In this document: in pieces, positions 50,871 to 62,929 of the stretch
Numbering within the stretch: the first letter of the stretch is position 1
Layout: every line of letters begins with the position of its first letter
From: Macrostomum lignano
Taxonomy: Eukaryota
DNA length: 64,000 nucleotides
Reading direction: 5' to 3'
Assembly: GCA_002269645.1 (NCBI GenBank)
Contig: NIVC01003196.1
Coordinates: forward strand, 48,523-112,522
Position numbers and translations under genes: made by a program
The notes under the pieces: model-generated
Told to the model about the DNA's origin: nothing
The model's database searches: none
Seen by the model: the letters and a program-made list of their open reading frames with translations, nothing else

Positions 50871-52435
50871 ATAGTAGCTTACCCAAGAGGGTAAGGAGGG
50901 AGGTAATTGGCCCCTTTAGTCTATATCAAGACTTTAAAAAATCAAGAAGGACAAGTGCATTTTTGCCAAAATATAGAGCTACCCCCTTTGCCTCTCTCTT
51001 GACTCTTAGATCTTTATCCTTTAAAATCTATTTCCTTTTTCAATAAATTTCTGGGTATTCTATCTGGACCTTAGTTTTTTAAACCTCTCAATAGTAATCT
51101 ACCCTACTTAATGTTTATTTTTCTTATTGATATTTTACAATAGTCCACTCTTTGATCACATGTATCCTAATGAGATTATCTAAGTGTGTTAGTTCTTTTC
51201 TTTAATATCTGATCTTCCCTCTTCTGTCTTTTCTTCTTTTCTTCTCTCTTTTCTCTTATCCTTTCTTCTCTTTTCCTTGATTTTTTCTTGTCTTTCCTCC
51301 ACTTTATCTTCTTTCCTCTCTTTTTTATTCTCTTAACTTTCCTTTTTCTATCTCCCTCCTCTTCTCTATTCCCTTTCCTATCCCTTCTTTTGGCCTACAG
51401 TGATGCTCTAGGCTGTCTATTTAGTCTAGGTCCTCAAAATTAAAAAAATTTGCTTTCCTTAATCTAAGTAGTTCTTATTTCTTACTAGTCATATTCTTAT
51501 TATTTACTAGTAGCATTCTTAGTTCTAAACTAGTAGCATTCTTGTTATATACCAAAAGGTCTATTACTAATATTTTATTTTTTGTATATATTTCTTAGAA
51601 TAATTCTTCTTGGAATATATCTGCTATTTAAGAATTTAACTATCTAGTCTTTAGGTAAAACCAAGAGTAGAAAGTCATGAGTTTCTTTATACTATATATT
51701 TATCTCCAAGATCTATAAGTATGAGTATTTGTATTATATTTCTTTTATCTATTTATGAGTATTTTGCTCTTTTTAGAAATAAGAAAGTCTAAAATAGAAT
51801 TCTCAATGTTTACTTGGAATACAACTGTAAGTCTTACATCTTACCAAATTTTGTATTTGTTTATACTAATTTTTTGGTTCATTTAAAGCAAAAAGTGAAT
51901 GTGAATATCATTATAAAATGTGTATAAACTTTAAAAAAATATAGTAGAGTTGTATATACATTAAATTTGTACTAAATTTTTTGTTAGAAAAAGGAAAGTT
52001 TTCTATATATAATATTATATATTTTATATTTTTTAAACCTATTTTTTCTAAACTACATCTTATAATATGGTCTTAGTTTAAAACTTAGGTCTATTTTCAT
52101 TTTGCAGTGTATTTACTCAAGATATAGGGCCATAGCACTCTTATGATGTCACAAAGCATGCTATCTTTAGACTTTGATTATGTAAGTATTTTTAAACTAA
52201 AAACTATTTTCTTGATGATAAATTAATGTTAATGTTTTATGCAGATATTGATACATAATATTGACACTTATGCTTGCTAATACAGAAGGTGCCATAGCCA
52301 TACTCTTTCTAACATTACAACTTTATTTAGGCAAATTCATTCTAAATCTTTCTGAACAATTAATTCACATGCCAGAACTATTAAAAGAAATTTTAAGGAA
52401 AAACTTCATAAACAGAGAAACAGAACAAAATTTTA

Positions 52436-52989
52436 ATGAATCCTATGTCACAGACAGTTTTTGATCACGAAGAGCTCCATCATCTGCCCCTGCCAGCATC
52501 TTGCCACCTGCTCGAGTCAGAAATTCTTCTGCGGGTTGGTCGCCTCGCCAATGGCCAGATCATCGCCCTGACCAGCTACCGATTGCTCATCCTTGTGCAC
52601 AGATTTGTCAGCTGTGACAGTGTCCCGGAGTCAAGTCTTGATCCAGTCTTTGTCCAGCCGCTGCGTTGCATCTCTCGATTAATCACGGCAGGCATTGAGT
52701 TTACCGCTATTCGAGTTGAATTTGTTTTAATTGCCTCACCGCTTGCGCTGCAGTTTGCCAGTGCGGCTGAGGCTCTGAGCTGGGCGCGGCAGCTGGACCC
52801 GTCCGCCATCGCTGCGCTGCCCCATCTGCGTTGCAGTTTGAATTCGAGCAGTCTGACCGAAGATGAAGCTGCTGATCCGAACGAATTGATTGTTGCCATG
52901 GAAACCCGCCGGTTAGGCTTAACAGAAGCAAATGGCTGGCGGCTGAGCAAAGCGAATGAGGAGTACTCAGTCTGCAGCAGTTATTCCAG
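52436..52989 (+). CDS. MTMR3/4: Myotubularin-related protein, exon 1 (PH-GRAM-like region, WRLS..N..YSVCSSY)
   Basis: Donor AG|gtgagg, phase 2; the start codon choice is uncertain. Confidence 0.85.
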
Positions 52990-52994
52990 GTGAG

Positions 52995-53720
52995 GCTGAG
53001 AATTTGATCGTTTGAGAATTCTTATGGTGAGATTTTAAAAATCTAGATTTTTGTCACCGGTGAGATTTTGAAGATTTAGATTTTTGTTGATCTAGATTCT
53101 TGTCATCGGTGAGATTTTAAAGATCTAGATTCTTATCATCGATGAGATTTTGAAGATCTAGATTCTTTAAGGGTGAGATTTTGAGGATCTAGATTCTGTC
53201 AAGGCTGAGAATTTGATCGTTTGAGAATTCTTATGGTGAGATTTTAAAAATCTAGATTTTTGTCACTGGTGAGATTTTTAAGATTTAGATTCTTGTCATC
53301 GGTGAGATTTTAAAGATCTAGATTCTTGTCATCGGTGAGATTTTGAAGATCTAGATTCTTGTCATCGGTGAGATTTTGAAGATCTAGATTCTTGTCATCG
53401 GTGAGATTTTAAAGATCTAGATTCTTGTCATCGGTGAGATTTTAAAGATCTAGATTCTTGTCATTGGTGAGATTTTGAACATCTAAATTCTTGTCATCGG
53501 TGAGATTTTAAAGATCTAGATTCTTGTCATTGGTGAGATTTTGAGGATCTAGATTCTGTCAAGGGTGAGATTTTGAAGATCTAGATTCTTGCCAAGGGTA
53601 AGATTTTGAGGATCTAGATTCTGTCAAGGGTGAGATTTTGAAGATCTAGATTCTTGCCAAGGGTAAGATTTTGAGGATCTCGATTTTTGTTAAGGGTGAG
53701 ATTTTTAATACCAGAATTTC
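52995..53720. repeat. 33-bp minisatellite GGTGAGATTTTAAAGATCTAGATTCTTGTCATC (MTMR intron 1)
   Basis: Tandem copies. Confidence 0.95.
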
Positions 53721-53868
53721 TTAAAGTTAAGATTTTGCAGATTAGAGAGGGGTTCTGAGGGTGAGCATTTAAAATGCTGAGATTCTGTCACCAAACGATT
53801 GGTTGATAAGGTGAGATTTGAGGATACAAATTCCGTTCCTTGAAGATTCGAACCCTAACCAACTACAG

Positions 53869-54111
53869 ACGTCACGTGACGCCAACGAAGCTGTCAGACG
53901 CGGAGCTCATCGCCTCAAGCAAATATCGGTCTCGCGGTCGGTTTCCCAGCATTGTTTGGCGTTGTCAAGGCAACGGCGCCGTTTTAGCGCGCTCCGGCCA
54001 GCCGCTGGTGGCGCTGCTTGGCTGGCGTTGCGAGGCCGACGAGAAATTGCTGGCCCTGATTGGCAACTCGGGCAGGGGCAGACTGCTCATTGCCGACGCC
54101 AGGACTTACAG
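53869..54111 (+). CDS. MTMR3/4: MTMR exon 2
   Basis: ctacag|..KYRSRGRFPSIVWR..GAVLARSGQP..WRCEADEKLL..LLIADARTY|gtatga. Confidence 0.94.
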
Positions 54112-54496
54112 GTATGACCTGCATGACTGGCTGTATGACCTGCATGACTGGCTGTATGACCTGCAGGACTGACTGATATGACCTGCATGACTGGCTGTAT
54201 GACCTGCAGGACTGACTGATATGACCTGCATGACTGGCTGTATGACCTGCATGACTGGCTGTATGACCTTCATGACTGGCTGTATGACCTGCATGACTGA
54301 CTGTATGACCTGCATGACTGGCTGTACCACCTGCATGACTGGCTGTATGACCTGCATGACTGGCTGTATGACCTGCATGACTGGCTGTATGACCTTCATG
54401 ACTGGCTGTACGACCTGCATGACTGACTGTATGACCTGCATGACTGGCTGTACCACCTGCATGACTGGCTGTATGACCTGCATGACTGGCTGTATG
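54112..54496. repeat. 21-bp minisatellite GTATGACCTGCATGACTGGCT starting at the donor
   Basis: The first unit is the 5' splice site itself. Confidence 0.96.
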
Positions 54497-55116
54497 ATCC
54501 AAACGACTTGAACTGTACGACTCGAATGAGTGGCTCTATGACCGAAAGTACAACCTCATCCTCAGCAACTTCATAGCGTTTTTTCCAAACGGAGCAAAAC
54601 TGCTGTGCTGAACTAATCCAGGACCTGCTTCCCAAGGGAAATGTCTTATTATAGCTAATTTAACCTGTAGCCGTTCATACTTCGCCGTGCCCGGCCTCTA
54701 ATAAGCCCGGCTAATTTCTGCCCAATTATTATTGCCGAAACTGTCGCAAACTGTTCGAATCTATTTTTAGCTTGTACATATAGCTTCTACCATTCCCTAC
54801 CCCTCCTGTCTGGCCGGCTAGGCGTGTTTATTATGGCATGCCACGTGACGGCTTTGCCTTAGGACTCAAAAACTCAACCTAAAATAGGTGTTGCATAAAT
54901 GCACGCTTGTTCCATTATACACCCGCTATATCTGGTTTCTTTATCTAGACTAGCGTGAGCCAGTTTGAGTCACGTGACCAGTACTTGCTGGTGGTGTGAG
55001 CGACTCGATAATACTGTTGCAGGTGCTGCGTGTTATGCGTGTCGTACAATTATATGATATTAAATATTATGCACTTTATTTTCGCTGTCTGTATAGAACC
55101 AGTTGCGCGACATACT

Positions 55117-57650
55117 AACACTCCAGTGACTCTCCTGACACTCCAGTGACTCTCCTGACACTCCAGTGACTCTCCTGACACTCCAGTGACTCTCCTGACA
55201 CTCTAGTGACTCTCCTGACACTCCAGTGACTCTCCTGACACTCTAGTGACTCTCCTGACACTCCAGTGACTCTCCTGACACTACAGTGACTCTCCTGACA
55301 CTCCAGTGACTCTCCTGACACTCCAGTGACTCTCCTGACACTCCAGTGACTCTCCTGACACTCCAGTGACTCTCCTGACACTACAGTGACTCTCCTGACA
55401 CTCCAGTGACTCTCCTGACACTCCAGTGACTCTCCTGACACTCCAGTGACTCTCCTGACACTACAGTGACTCTCCTGACACTCCAGTGACTCTCCTGACA
55501 CTCCAGTGACTCTCCTGACACTCCAGTGACTCTCCTGACACTCCAGTGACTCTCCTGACACTCCAGTGACTCTCCTGACACTCCAGTGACTCTCCTGACA
55601 CTACAGTGACTCTCCTGACACTCCAGTGACTTTCCTGACACTACAGTGACTCTCCTGACACTTCAGTGACTCTCCTGACACTACAGTGACTCTCCTGACA
55701 CTCCAGTGACTCTCCTGACACTACAGTGACTCTCCTGACACTCCAGTGACTTTCCTGACACTACAGTGACTCTCCTGACACTTCAGTGACTCTCCTGACA
55801 CTACAGTGACTCTCCTGACACTCCAGTGACTCTCCTGACACTACAGTGACTCTCCTGACACTTCAGTGACTCTTCTGACACTACAGTGACTCTCCTGACA
55901 CTCCAGTGACTCTCCTGACACTACAGTGACTCTCCTGATACTCCAGTGACTCTCCTGACACTCTAGTGACTCTCCTGACACTACAGTGACTCTCCTGACA
56001 CTTCAGTGACTCTCCTGACACTACAGTGACTCTCCTGACACTCCAGTGACTCTCCAGACACTACAGTGACTCTCCTGATACTCCAGTGACTCTCCTGACA
56101 CTACAGTGACTCTCCTGACACTCCAGTGACTCTCCTGACACTACAGTGACTCTCCTGATACTCCAGTGACTCTCCTGACACTCTAGTGACTCTCCTGACA
56201 CTACAGTGACTCTCCTGACACTCCAGTGACTTTCCTGACACTACAGTGACTCTCCTGACACTCCAGTGACTGTCAAAACACTCTAGTGACTCTCATGACA
56301 CTCCAGTGACTCTTCCGACACTCAAGTGACTCTCCTGACACTCCAGTGACTCTCATGACCCTCTAGTGACTCTCCTGACACTCCAGTGACTCTCCTGACA
56401 CTCTAGTGACTCTCCTGACACTCCAGTGACTCTCCTGACACTACAGTGACTCTCCTGACACTCCAGTGACTCTCCTGACACTCCAGTGACTCTCCTGACA
56501 CTCCAGTGACTCTCCTGACACTCCAGTGACTCTCCTGACACTACAGTGACTCTCCTGACACTCCAGTGACTCTCCTGACACTCCAGTGACTCTCCTGACA
56601 CTCCAGTGACTCTCCTGACACTACAGTGACTCTCCTGACACTCCAGTGACTCTCCTGACACTCCAGTGACTCTCCTGACACTCCAGTGACTCTCCTGACA
56701 CTCCAGTGACTCTCCTGACACTCCAGTGACTCTCCTGACACTCCAGTGACTCTCCTGACACTCCAGTGACTCTCCTGACACTACAGTGACTCTCCTGACA
56801 CTCCAGTGACTTTCCTGACACTACAGTGACTCTCCTGACACTTCAGTGACTCTCCTGACACTACAGTGACTCTCCTGACACTCCAGTGACTCTCCTGACA
56901 CTACAGTGACTCTCCTGACACTCCAGTGACTTTCCTGACACTACAGTGACTCTCCTGACACTTCAGTGACTCTCCTGACACTACAGTGACTCTCCTGACA
57001 CTCCAGTGACTCTCCTGACACTACAGTGACTCTCCTGACACTTCAGTGACTCTTCTGACACTACAGTGACTCTCCTGACACTCCAGTGACTCTCCTGACA
57101 CTACAGTGACTCTCCTGATACTCCAGTGACTCTCCTGACACTCTAGTGACTCTCCTGACACTACAGTGACTCTCCTGACACTTCAGTGACTCTCCTGACA
57201 CTACAGTGACTCTCCTGACACTCCAGTGACTCTCCAGACACTACAGTGACTCTCCTGATACTCCAGTGACTCTCCTGACACTACAGTGACTCTCCTGACA
57301 CTCCAGTGACTCTCCTGACACTACAGTGACTCTCCTGATACTCCAGTGACTCTCCTGACACTCTAGTGACTCTCCTGACACTACAGTGACTCTCCTGACA
57401 CTCCAGTGACTTTCCTGACACTACAGTGACTCTCCTGACACTCCAGTGACTGTCAAAACACTCTAGTGACTCTCATGACACTCCAGTGACTCTTCCGACA
57501 CTCAAGTGACTCTCCTGACACTCCAGTGACTCTCATGACCCTCTAGTGACTCTCAAAACACTCTAGTGACTCTCATGACACTCCAGTGACTCTTCCGACA
57601 CTCAAGTGACTCTCCCGACGCTCCAGTGACTCTCATGACACTCCATTAAA
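55117..57650. repeat. 20-bp satellite CTCCAGTGACTCTCCTGACA (MTMR intron 2)
   Basis: About 125 copies, with an internal 1180-bp duplication. Confidence 0.98.
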
Positions 57651-57917
57651 CTCTCCTAACACGGCTATGACTGTTTCGACAAGCCATTAACTGTTTTGAC
57701 ATTCCATTGACTCTCCGGACCCTCATTGACTGTTCTGATACCTCCTAACAGTTTATTGACTCTCCTAACACCTCACAGACACTGTGACACCTCATTGACT
57801 CTTCTTATACTCGATCAATCGTTCTGACACCACATCCGCTACCTTTTTGAGTTCTGACCGAATTTCGAGCTTTGCCAGCACGGCAGCCCTACAAATTTGC
57901 AACCCGCCAATCCGCAG

Positions 57918-58198
57918 AAGCGCCCTGGCCAACCGCACAGTTGGTGGCGGCTTTGAAAACGGCAGCTACTATTCGAACTCTGAGATCGCCTTCCTTGAGC
58001 TGCCGAATTTGCATTCGATTCGGCAGAGCTTCCTTGCTATGCAGCAGAGAGCCTTGGCTCCGGACGCGGATTTTGCTGAGCTGGCAGACGCTGGCGGAGC
58101 GTGCCTTCTCGGCGAGCTGGAGAAGTCCCGCTGGCTGCAGCTTGTCTCGGCTCTGATGGGGCACGCCACGAGGCTGGCAGCCGCCCTTGTTGTTGATG
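57918..58198 (+). CDS. MTMR3/4: MTMR exon 3
   Basis: ccgcag|A SALANRTVGGGFE..YY..LPNLHSIRQSF..LEKSRWLQ..VVD G|gtgagc. Confidence 0.94.
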
Positions 58199-58221
58199 GT
58201 GAGCTGGATTTGTGTTGACTT

Positions 58222-58395
58222 GGATTGCTGATCTATCCGATGGATTGCTAATCTATCCCATAGATTGCTAATCTATTCCATGGATTGGTAATCTATCCCA
58301 TGGATTGCTAATCTATCCCATGGATTGCTAATCTATTCCATGGATTGCTAATCTATTCCATGGATTGCTAATCTATCCCATGGATTGCTAATCCA
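58222..58395. repeat. 20-bp minisatellite ATGGATTGCTAATCTATCCC (MTMR intron 3)
   Basis: Tandem copies. Confidence 0.94.
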
Positions 58396-58416
58396 TCTCT
58401 CCCAAACTACTCGCAG

Positions 58417-58988
58417 GCCGATCAGTTCTGGTCCACTGCTCGGACGGCTGGGATCGGACTCCCCAGCTCACCTGCCTGACTCTGTTGCTAAGCGACCCGC
58501 ACTATCGCAGTTTGGCCGGCTTTCGAACTCTGCTAGACCGCGAGTGGCTGCAGTTCGGGCACAAGTTCGCCAGCCGCTGCGGCCCCGCTGAGCCCAACGA
58601 ATGGTCGCCAATATTTGTGCAGTTTCTGGACTGCCTTCATCAGTTAATTAGCCAGTTTCCGGGCGAGTTTGAGTTCACGGATCTGCTGCTGCGCAGGCTG
58701 GCAACGCACTGCTATAGTGGCCTGTTCGGGCAGCTGAGCTGCAACTCTGATGCGGAGCGTTCGGCTGTTGCTATGGCAACTCAGCAGCGGTGGAGTCTGT
58801 GGAGCCTGTTCGAGCTGCAGGGAGTTCGGAATCTGTTCTATCAGCCCAGCCGCGAGGTGCTGTCCCCGGACATCGGGCTGGCTAGCCTGAGCATCTGGTC
58901 CGAGCTCTACGTTCAGGGCAGTCGGATGGCTCCGGACAGTGTCCGATGCGACCTGGACGGACTGCCGGTTGAGATTGAGCCGCCACAG
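58417..58988 (+). CDS. MTMR3/4: MTMR exon 4, with the intact catalytic motif
   Basis: Contains VLVHCSDGWDRTPQ, DPHYRSLAGF, EWLQFGHKF..RC and SPIFVQFLDC..Q..P.EFEF. Confidence 0.97.
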
Positions 58989-59131
58989 GTGAATTTCTGT
59001 GTGGTTTCTATTCTAGCAGGATTGGCTAGAGATTTTGTTGTGGGATTTAGGATGTATAGAGCATCAATGATTTGGGATCCAGAGATAGATTGGAGTCTGA
59101 AGTCTTGAGATTGAAGTCTTAGAGATTATTG

Positions 59132-59435
59132 ATTATGGATTCAGAGACTGGGATTATTGATTATGGATTCAGAGACTGGGATTATTGATTATGGATTCAG
59201 AGACTGGGATTATTGATTATGGATTCAGAGACTGGGATTATTGATTATGGATTTAGAGACTGGGATTATTGATTATGGATTCAGAGACTGGGATTATTGA
59301 TTATGGATTCAGAGACTGGGATTATTGATTATGGATTCAGAGACTGGGATTATTGATTATGGATTCAGAGACTGGGATTATTGATTATGGATTCAGAGAC
59401 TGGGATTATTGATTATGGATTCAGAGACTGGGATC
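59132..59435. repeat. 28-bp minisatellite GGATTATTGATTATGGATTCAGAGACTG (MTMR intron 4)
   Basis: Tandem copies. Confidence 0.95.
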
Positions 59436-59565
59436 ATCAATGATTTGGGATTCAGAGACTGGGATCTAGGATGTGGGATTCAGATCGAGAATGTGCCACT
59501 TTGAGCTTTGAAGTCTTAGAGTCAACTCAGTAATAAAATCTTCATCTTCAATTTCTCACCTTCAG

Positions 59566-60159
59566 GCGCAGCTTCTCTCCCTCATCAACCAGCTGGAGAC
59601 GACTCGCATTCAAGCGCGCCAACTGCAGGACCAGCTGAACTCTTCTCAGCTGGCATCAACATCGCCAGTTGTAGAATCACCAACTTTGGCCGCCTCTCTG
59701 CAGCAGCAGCCACCGAAGTCCTCTCTGCCCAGCATTGAAGTTGTTGACGGGGCCGACGCTCGCCGCTGCTTCACCCACTGGGTGCCCGACCACCAGCGAA
59801 GCAGGTGCGCCGGCTGCGCTGCGACATTCTGGAAAGCAATCAGGCGTCGGCATCATTGCCGCGCCTGTGGCGACGTGTTCTGCCACGCCTGCTGCTGCGA
59901 GTACGTGCAGCTGCCCAGCCAGCTGCTGTCGGGCCCCAGCCGGGTCTGCAGGCCCTGCGCCACCGCGGTCAGGAATGTCGTTCAGCAGGTCGAGTTTGGC
60001 GGCGGCAGCAGCGGCGACGGCGGCAACGATGATACCGCCGCTCTGACGGCAGCGGCAGCGGCGGCCGCTGCGGCGGCTGCAGTTCTTACTACACAGCAGA
60101 TGCCGGCGCCTTCGATATCGATGACGTCATCGGACAGCCAGATTACCGTGAAATCTTAA
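59566..60159 (+). CDS. MTMR3/4: MTMR exon 5 (coiled coil and FYVE finger)
   Basis: Contains WVPD..C..C..RRHHCRACG..C..CC..RVC..C. A C-terminal FYVE domain defines the MTMR3/4 subgroup. Confidence 0.94.
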   Translation, partial: AQLLSLINQLETTRIQARQLQDQLNSSQLASTSPVVESPTLAASLQQQPPKSSLPSIEVVDGADARRCFTHWVPDHQRSRCAGCAATFWKAIRRRHHCRACGDVFCHACCCEYVQLPSQLLSGPSRVCRPCATAVRNVVQQVEFGGGSSGDGGNDDTAALTAAAAAAAAAAAVLTTQQMPAPSISMTSSDSQITVKS

Positions 60160-61427
60160 TTGATTCCTGTGGATTCTATTTTGCAAAACAATGATGTTCA
60201 ACAATATATAGCTGGTAATTTCTAATCAGTAGCAAGTAAAGAAAGCTGTAAGTGTTTTGTTAGAATAGCTAGATAATTAAGATCAACTTGTTTCGATCAG
60301 TTCAGTAGTTAGGACGCTAAACCCGAGGCAGAAGTAATGTACATTTGCACTGAGCAAAGCGCAAGCGGGGCAGATAAATGTACATATAAATTTAAGCCCC
60401 GTCCCGACGCTGGAGGATTAAGTCCGTAAAAATAAAGAAAATATTTTATTGCCAACCGATTTTATTGAAGCGAATCACGTGACATGCCTTCGGGCCTACA
60501 TGTACATTGGCGTTAACTAGCCCAGTTAATATTGTACACTGCTTTACGTACCCGCCTAGTCAATTAAAAAAATCAGGGATTGATTTTATTCCATGCCATG
60601 ACCCCGTTTTATTGAGGGGTAGAGGCTGAAAACACGTGACGCTGATTCCTCCGGCCTAATGTACATTATTACCAGGCTAAACGCCCAGGACGCGAGAGAG
60701 CAATAAAATCTGCGAAGCAGCTTTGCGTGTGTTGATAAATAGGAAGAACTGGCTACTGGCCTACTGATTTGGAAGTAGCTTAGAAGCATATTCACAGGTT
60801 AATCAGATTTTTTATCGTTTTGTGTAAATAAGTATTCGCCATCGCCACATGATTTGCTCATCTGCCATTTTTCAATTGTAGTTTTTTTGACACTATAAAG
60901 CTGTAAAAATTTACACGTCAAGTGTTTTTAATACCATCATTTGTATTACCTTTGCATGCGTCAATTAGCTTTTTCGTGTCTCCTAATTGTGATAAAATCA
61001 AATTATCTGTGTATCGCTCTATTTTTTATAAGCTAAGAGTCTAGCATACTGTTAGTGTTTTATTAAATTGAACTCAAGTTTTCTTTACGTGCCTAATCGC
61101 TTAAGTGTTTAGAAATTCTTTTTCAAAAATTGATTTCAAGGGTTTCATTAATTCCACTGGCTTACGTAAGAAGTTCATGTCGAACTCGTGCATGCATTGC
61201 CTGCTCATTAAATAACCCCCGGCGAGTGCCAGGGAAATGTCTAACCAAATTCTAATAATGACCGGTGGATTTCGAAGTTTGTAACTAAACCTCACGTTCG
61301 ACAACACTGTATAGTTAGGTGTATTGTGCAAGTCAAATTTTTCTATTTACATTATGCGGTGTATTGTTTTGTGCATAAGTTCAAGCGTCATTTTATCTAA
61401 TTATAGCATATGTAATTATCTACAACC

Positions 61428-61770
61428 CGGGTGTACACTGGCCCAATATCAATACTCACCACCCCGCAATGTACACTGGCCCCTATCAACACCCACCACC
61501 CCGCAGTGTACACTGGTCCCTATCAACACCCACCACCCCGCAGTATACACTGGTCCCTATCAACACCCACCACCCCGCAGTATACACTGGCCCCTATCAA
61601 CACCCACCACCCGACAGTGTACACTGGGCCCTATCAACACCCACCACCCCGCAGTATACACTGATCCCTATCAACACCCACCACCCCGCAGTATACACTG
61701 GTCCCTATCAACACCCACCACCCGACAGTGTACACTGGGCCCTATTAACACCCACCACCCCGCAGGGTAC
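61428..61770. repeat. 37-bp minisatellite CCCGCAGTATACACTGGTCCCTATCAACACCCACCAC
   Basis: About 9 tandem copies. Confidence 0.95.
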
Positions 61771-62437
61771 ACCTAACGTCACCAATGTCTCTAATTCTAA
61801 GCGTTTCTTATGTAGTGACTATTTTTAATTACCGCACCTGTACGTTACTCCAGTACTCTGTAAAAGCGTTTTACATTAACTTTGGCATCAATATATCATT
61901 AGGAATCGCCCCACACCGAAAATGTGTTTCAATCGTCAGATTTTCAAGTAAAAAAATTCAGCAGATCCAACGAGTATGACTTATTAATTTCTTTTCAAAT
62001 TCAAAGCTTCAAGACTGGCGAAACGGCATAAAATGGTTCATATTTTAATAATACGCACTGCCCACCGAAGGCCAAGGAGACACGCCGGCAATATCAACTA
62101 AAGGAACATAAGAGCCAGAACTGAGAGAAGTGTTCTTTCTGACGAAAATAGAATCAATAGAAGCGATGATGGTAGTGTAAATCCGGGAGTTGGGACTGTC
62201 GGACTGACTGACTGAATGGCAGCAAGATAAAAAAAACGCAAATCTATCGTTCTGAACTAGTCAAAGTACTTGCAGTAGTAAACTGTTATTAGTTTTGTCA
62301 CCAGGAGAGCAAACAGAAGACAAACAAGTTAATTCGGGGGCTTGGAAGACCTACTCGCTCGCTCACTGTCACACAGGAGGGGGGGGCTAAAAAATTAATT
62401 CCGCTATTTGAGTAACCCAGTCCGAGGGCCAAGCAGT

Positions 62438-62925
62438 TCAGGCATAGTAGTTAGGCGACACCAGCAGGTCCGTGAGCACTAGCAGCTGCTCCTCGGTGAA
62501 CATGTCCTTGTCGGCGTGCCACGTCTCCTGGTGGGTCCGCTTGAAGCTGGCCAGGGTGCTGCGAACCGAGCTTTTTATTGGCTCGGGGTCGTTCACGTGC
62601 TGGCACAGCTGCATCAGCACGGGCGGCAGGTGCGCCGGGACATCGTAGGGCGCCGATTCAACTATGGAGCAGAGGCCGAGCACCCCGCTATGCCTGGCGT
62701 TCACCTGGCCGAGCTCCGGGCCGCTGCCGCCCGGCTGCCGCTTCCTCAGGCGGGTGCGCGCACAGGCGCTGCAGGTCGGGCAGCAGCTGGGCTCCGTCAT
62801 CAGTCAGCCGGAGGTAGCCGCAGCGCAGCAGGCCCGACAGCGTCCCGAGGCCGCCTTGCGCACGTCCAGACTGTCGTCCTGCAGCAGGCGGAGCACCAGG
62901 CGGCGAACTCGGGAGGGCAGGTCGC
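62438..62925 (-). CDS. PSME4: Proteasome activator PA200/Blm10, terminal exon (two apparent frameshifts)
   Basis: LLQDDSLDVRKAA..LSGLLRC..RHSGVLGLC..PYDVP..DPEPI..FKRTH..FTEEQLLVLTDLLVSPNYYA-stop, the conserved YYA C-terminus. Confidence 0.93.
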
Positions 62926-62929
62926 CTGG

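Noticed and set aside
60300-61350. Unique CpG-containing sequence and short ORFs between MTMR and PSME4
   Set aside because: No terminal repeats, RNA-gene structure or protein motif could be supported.
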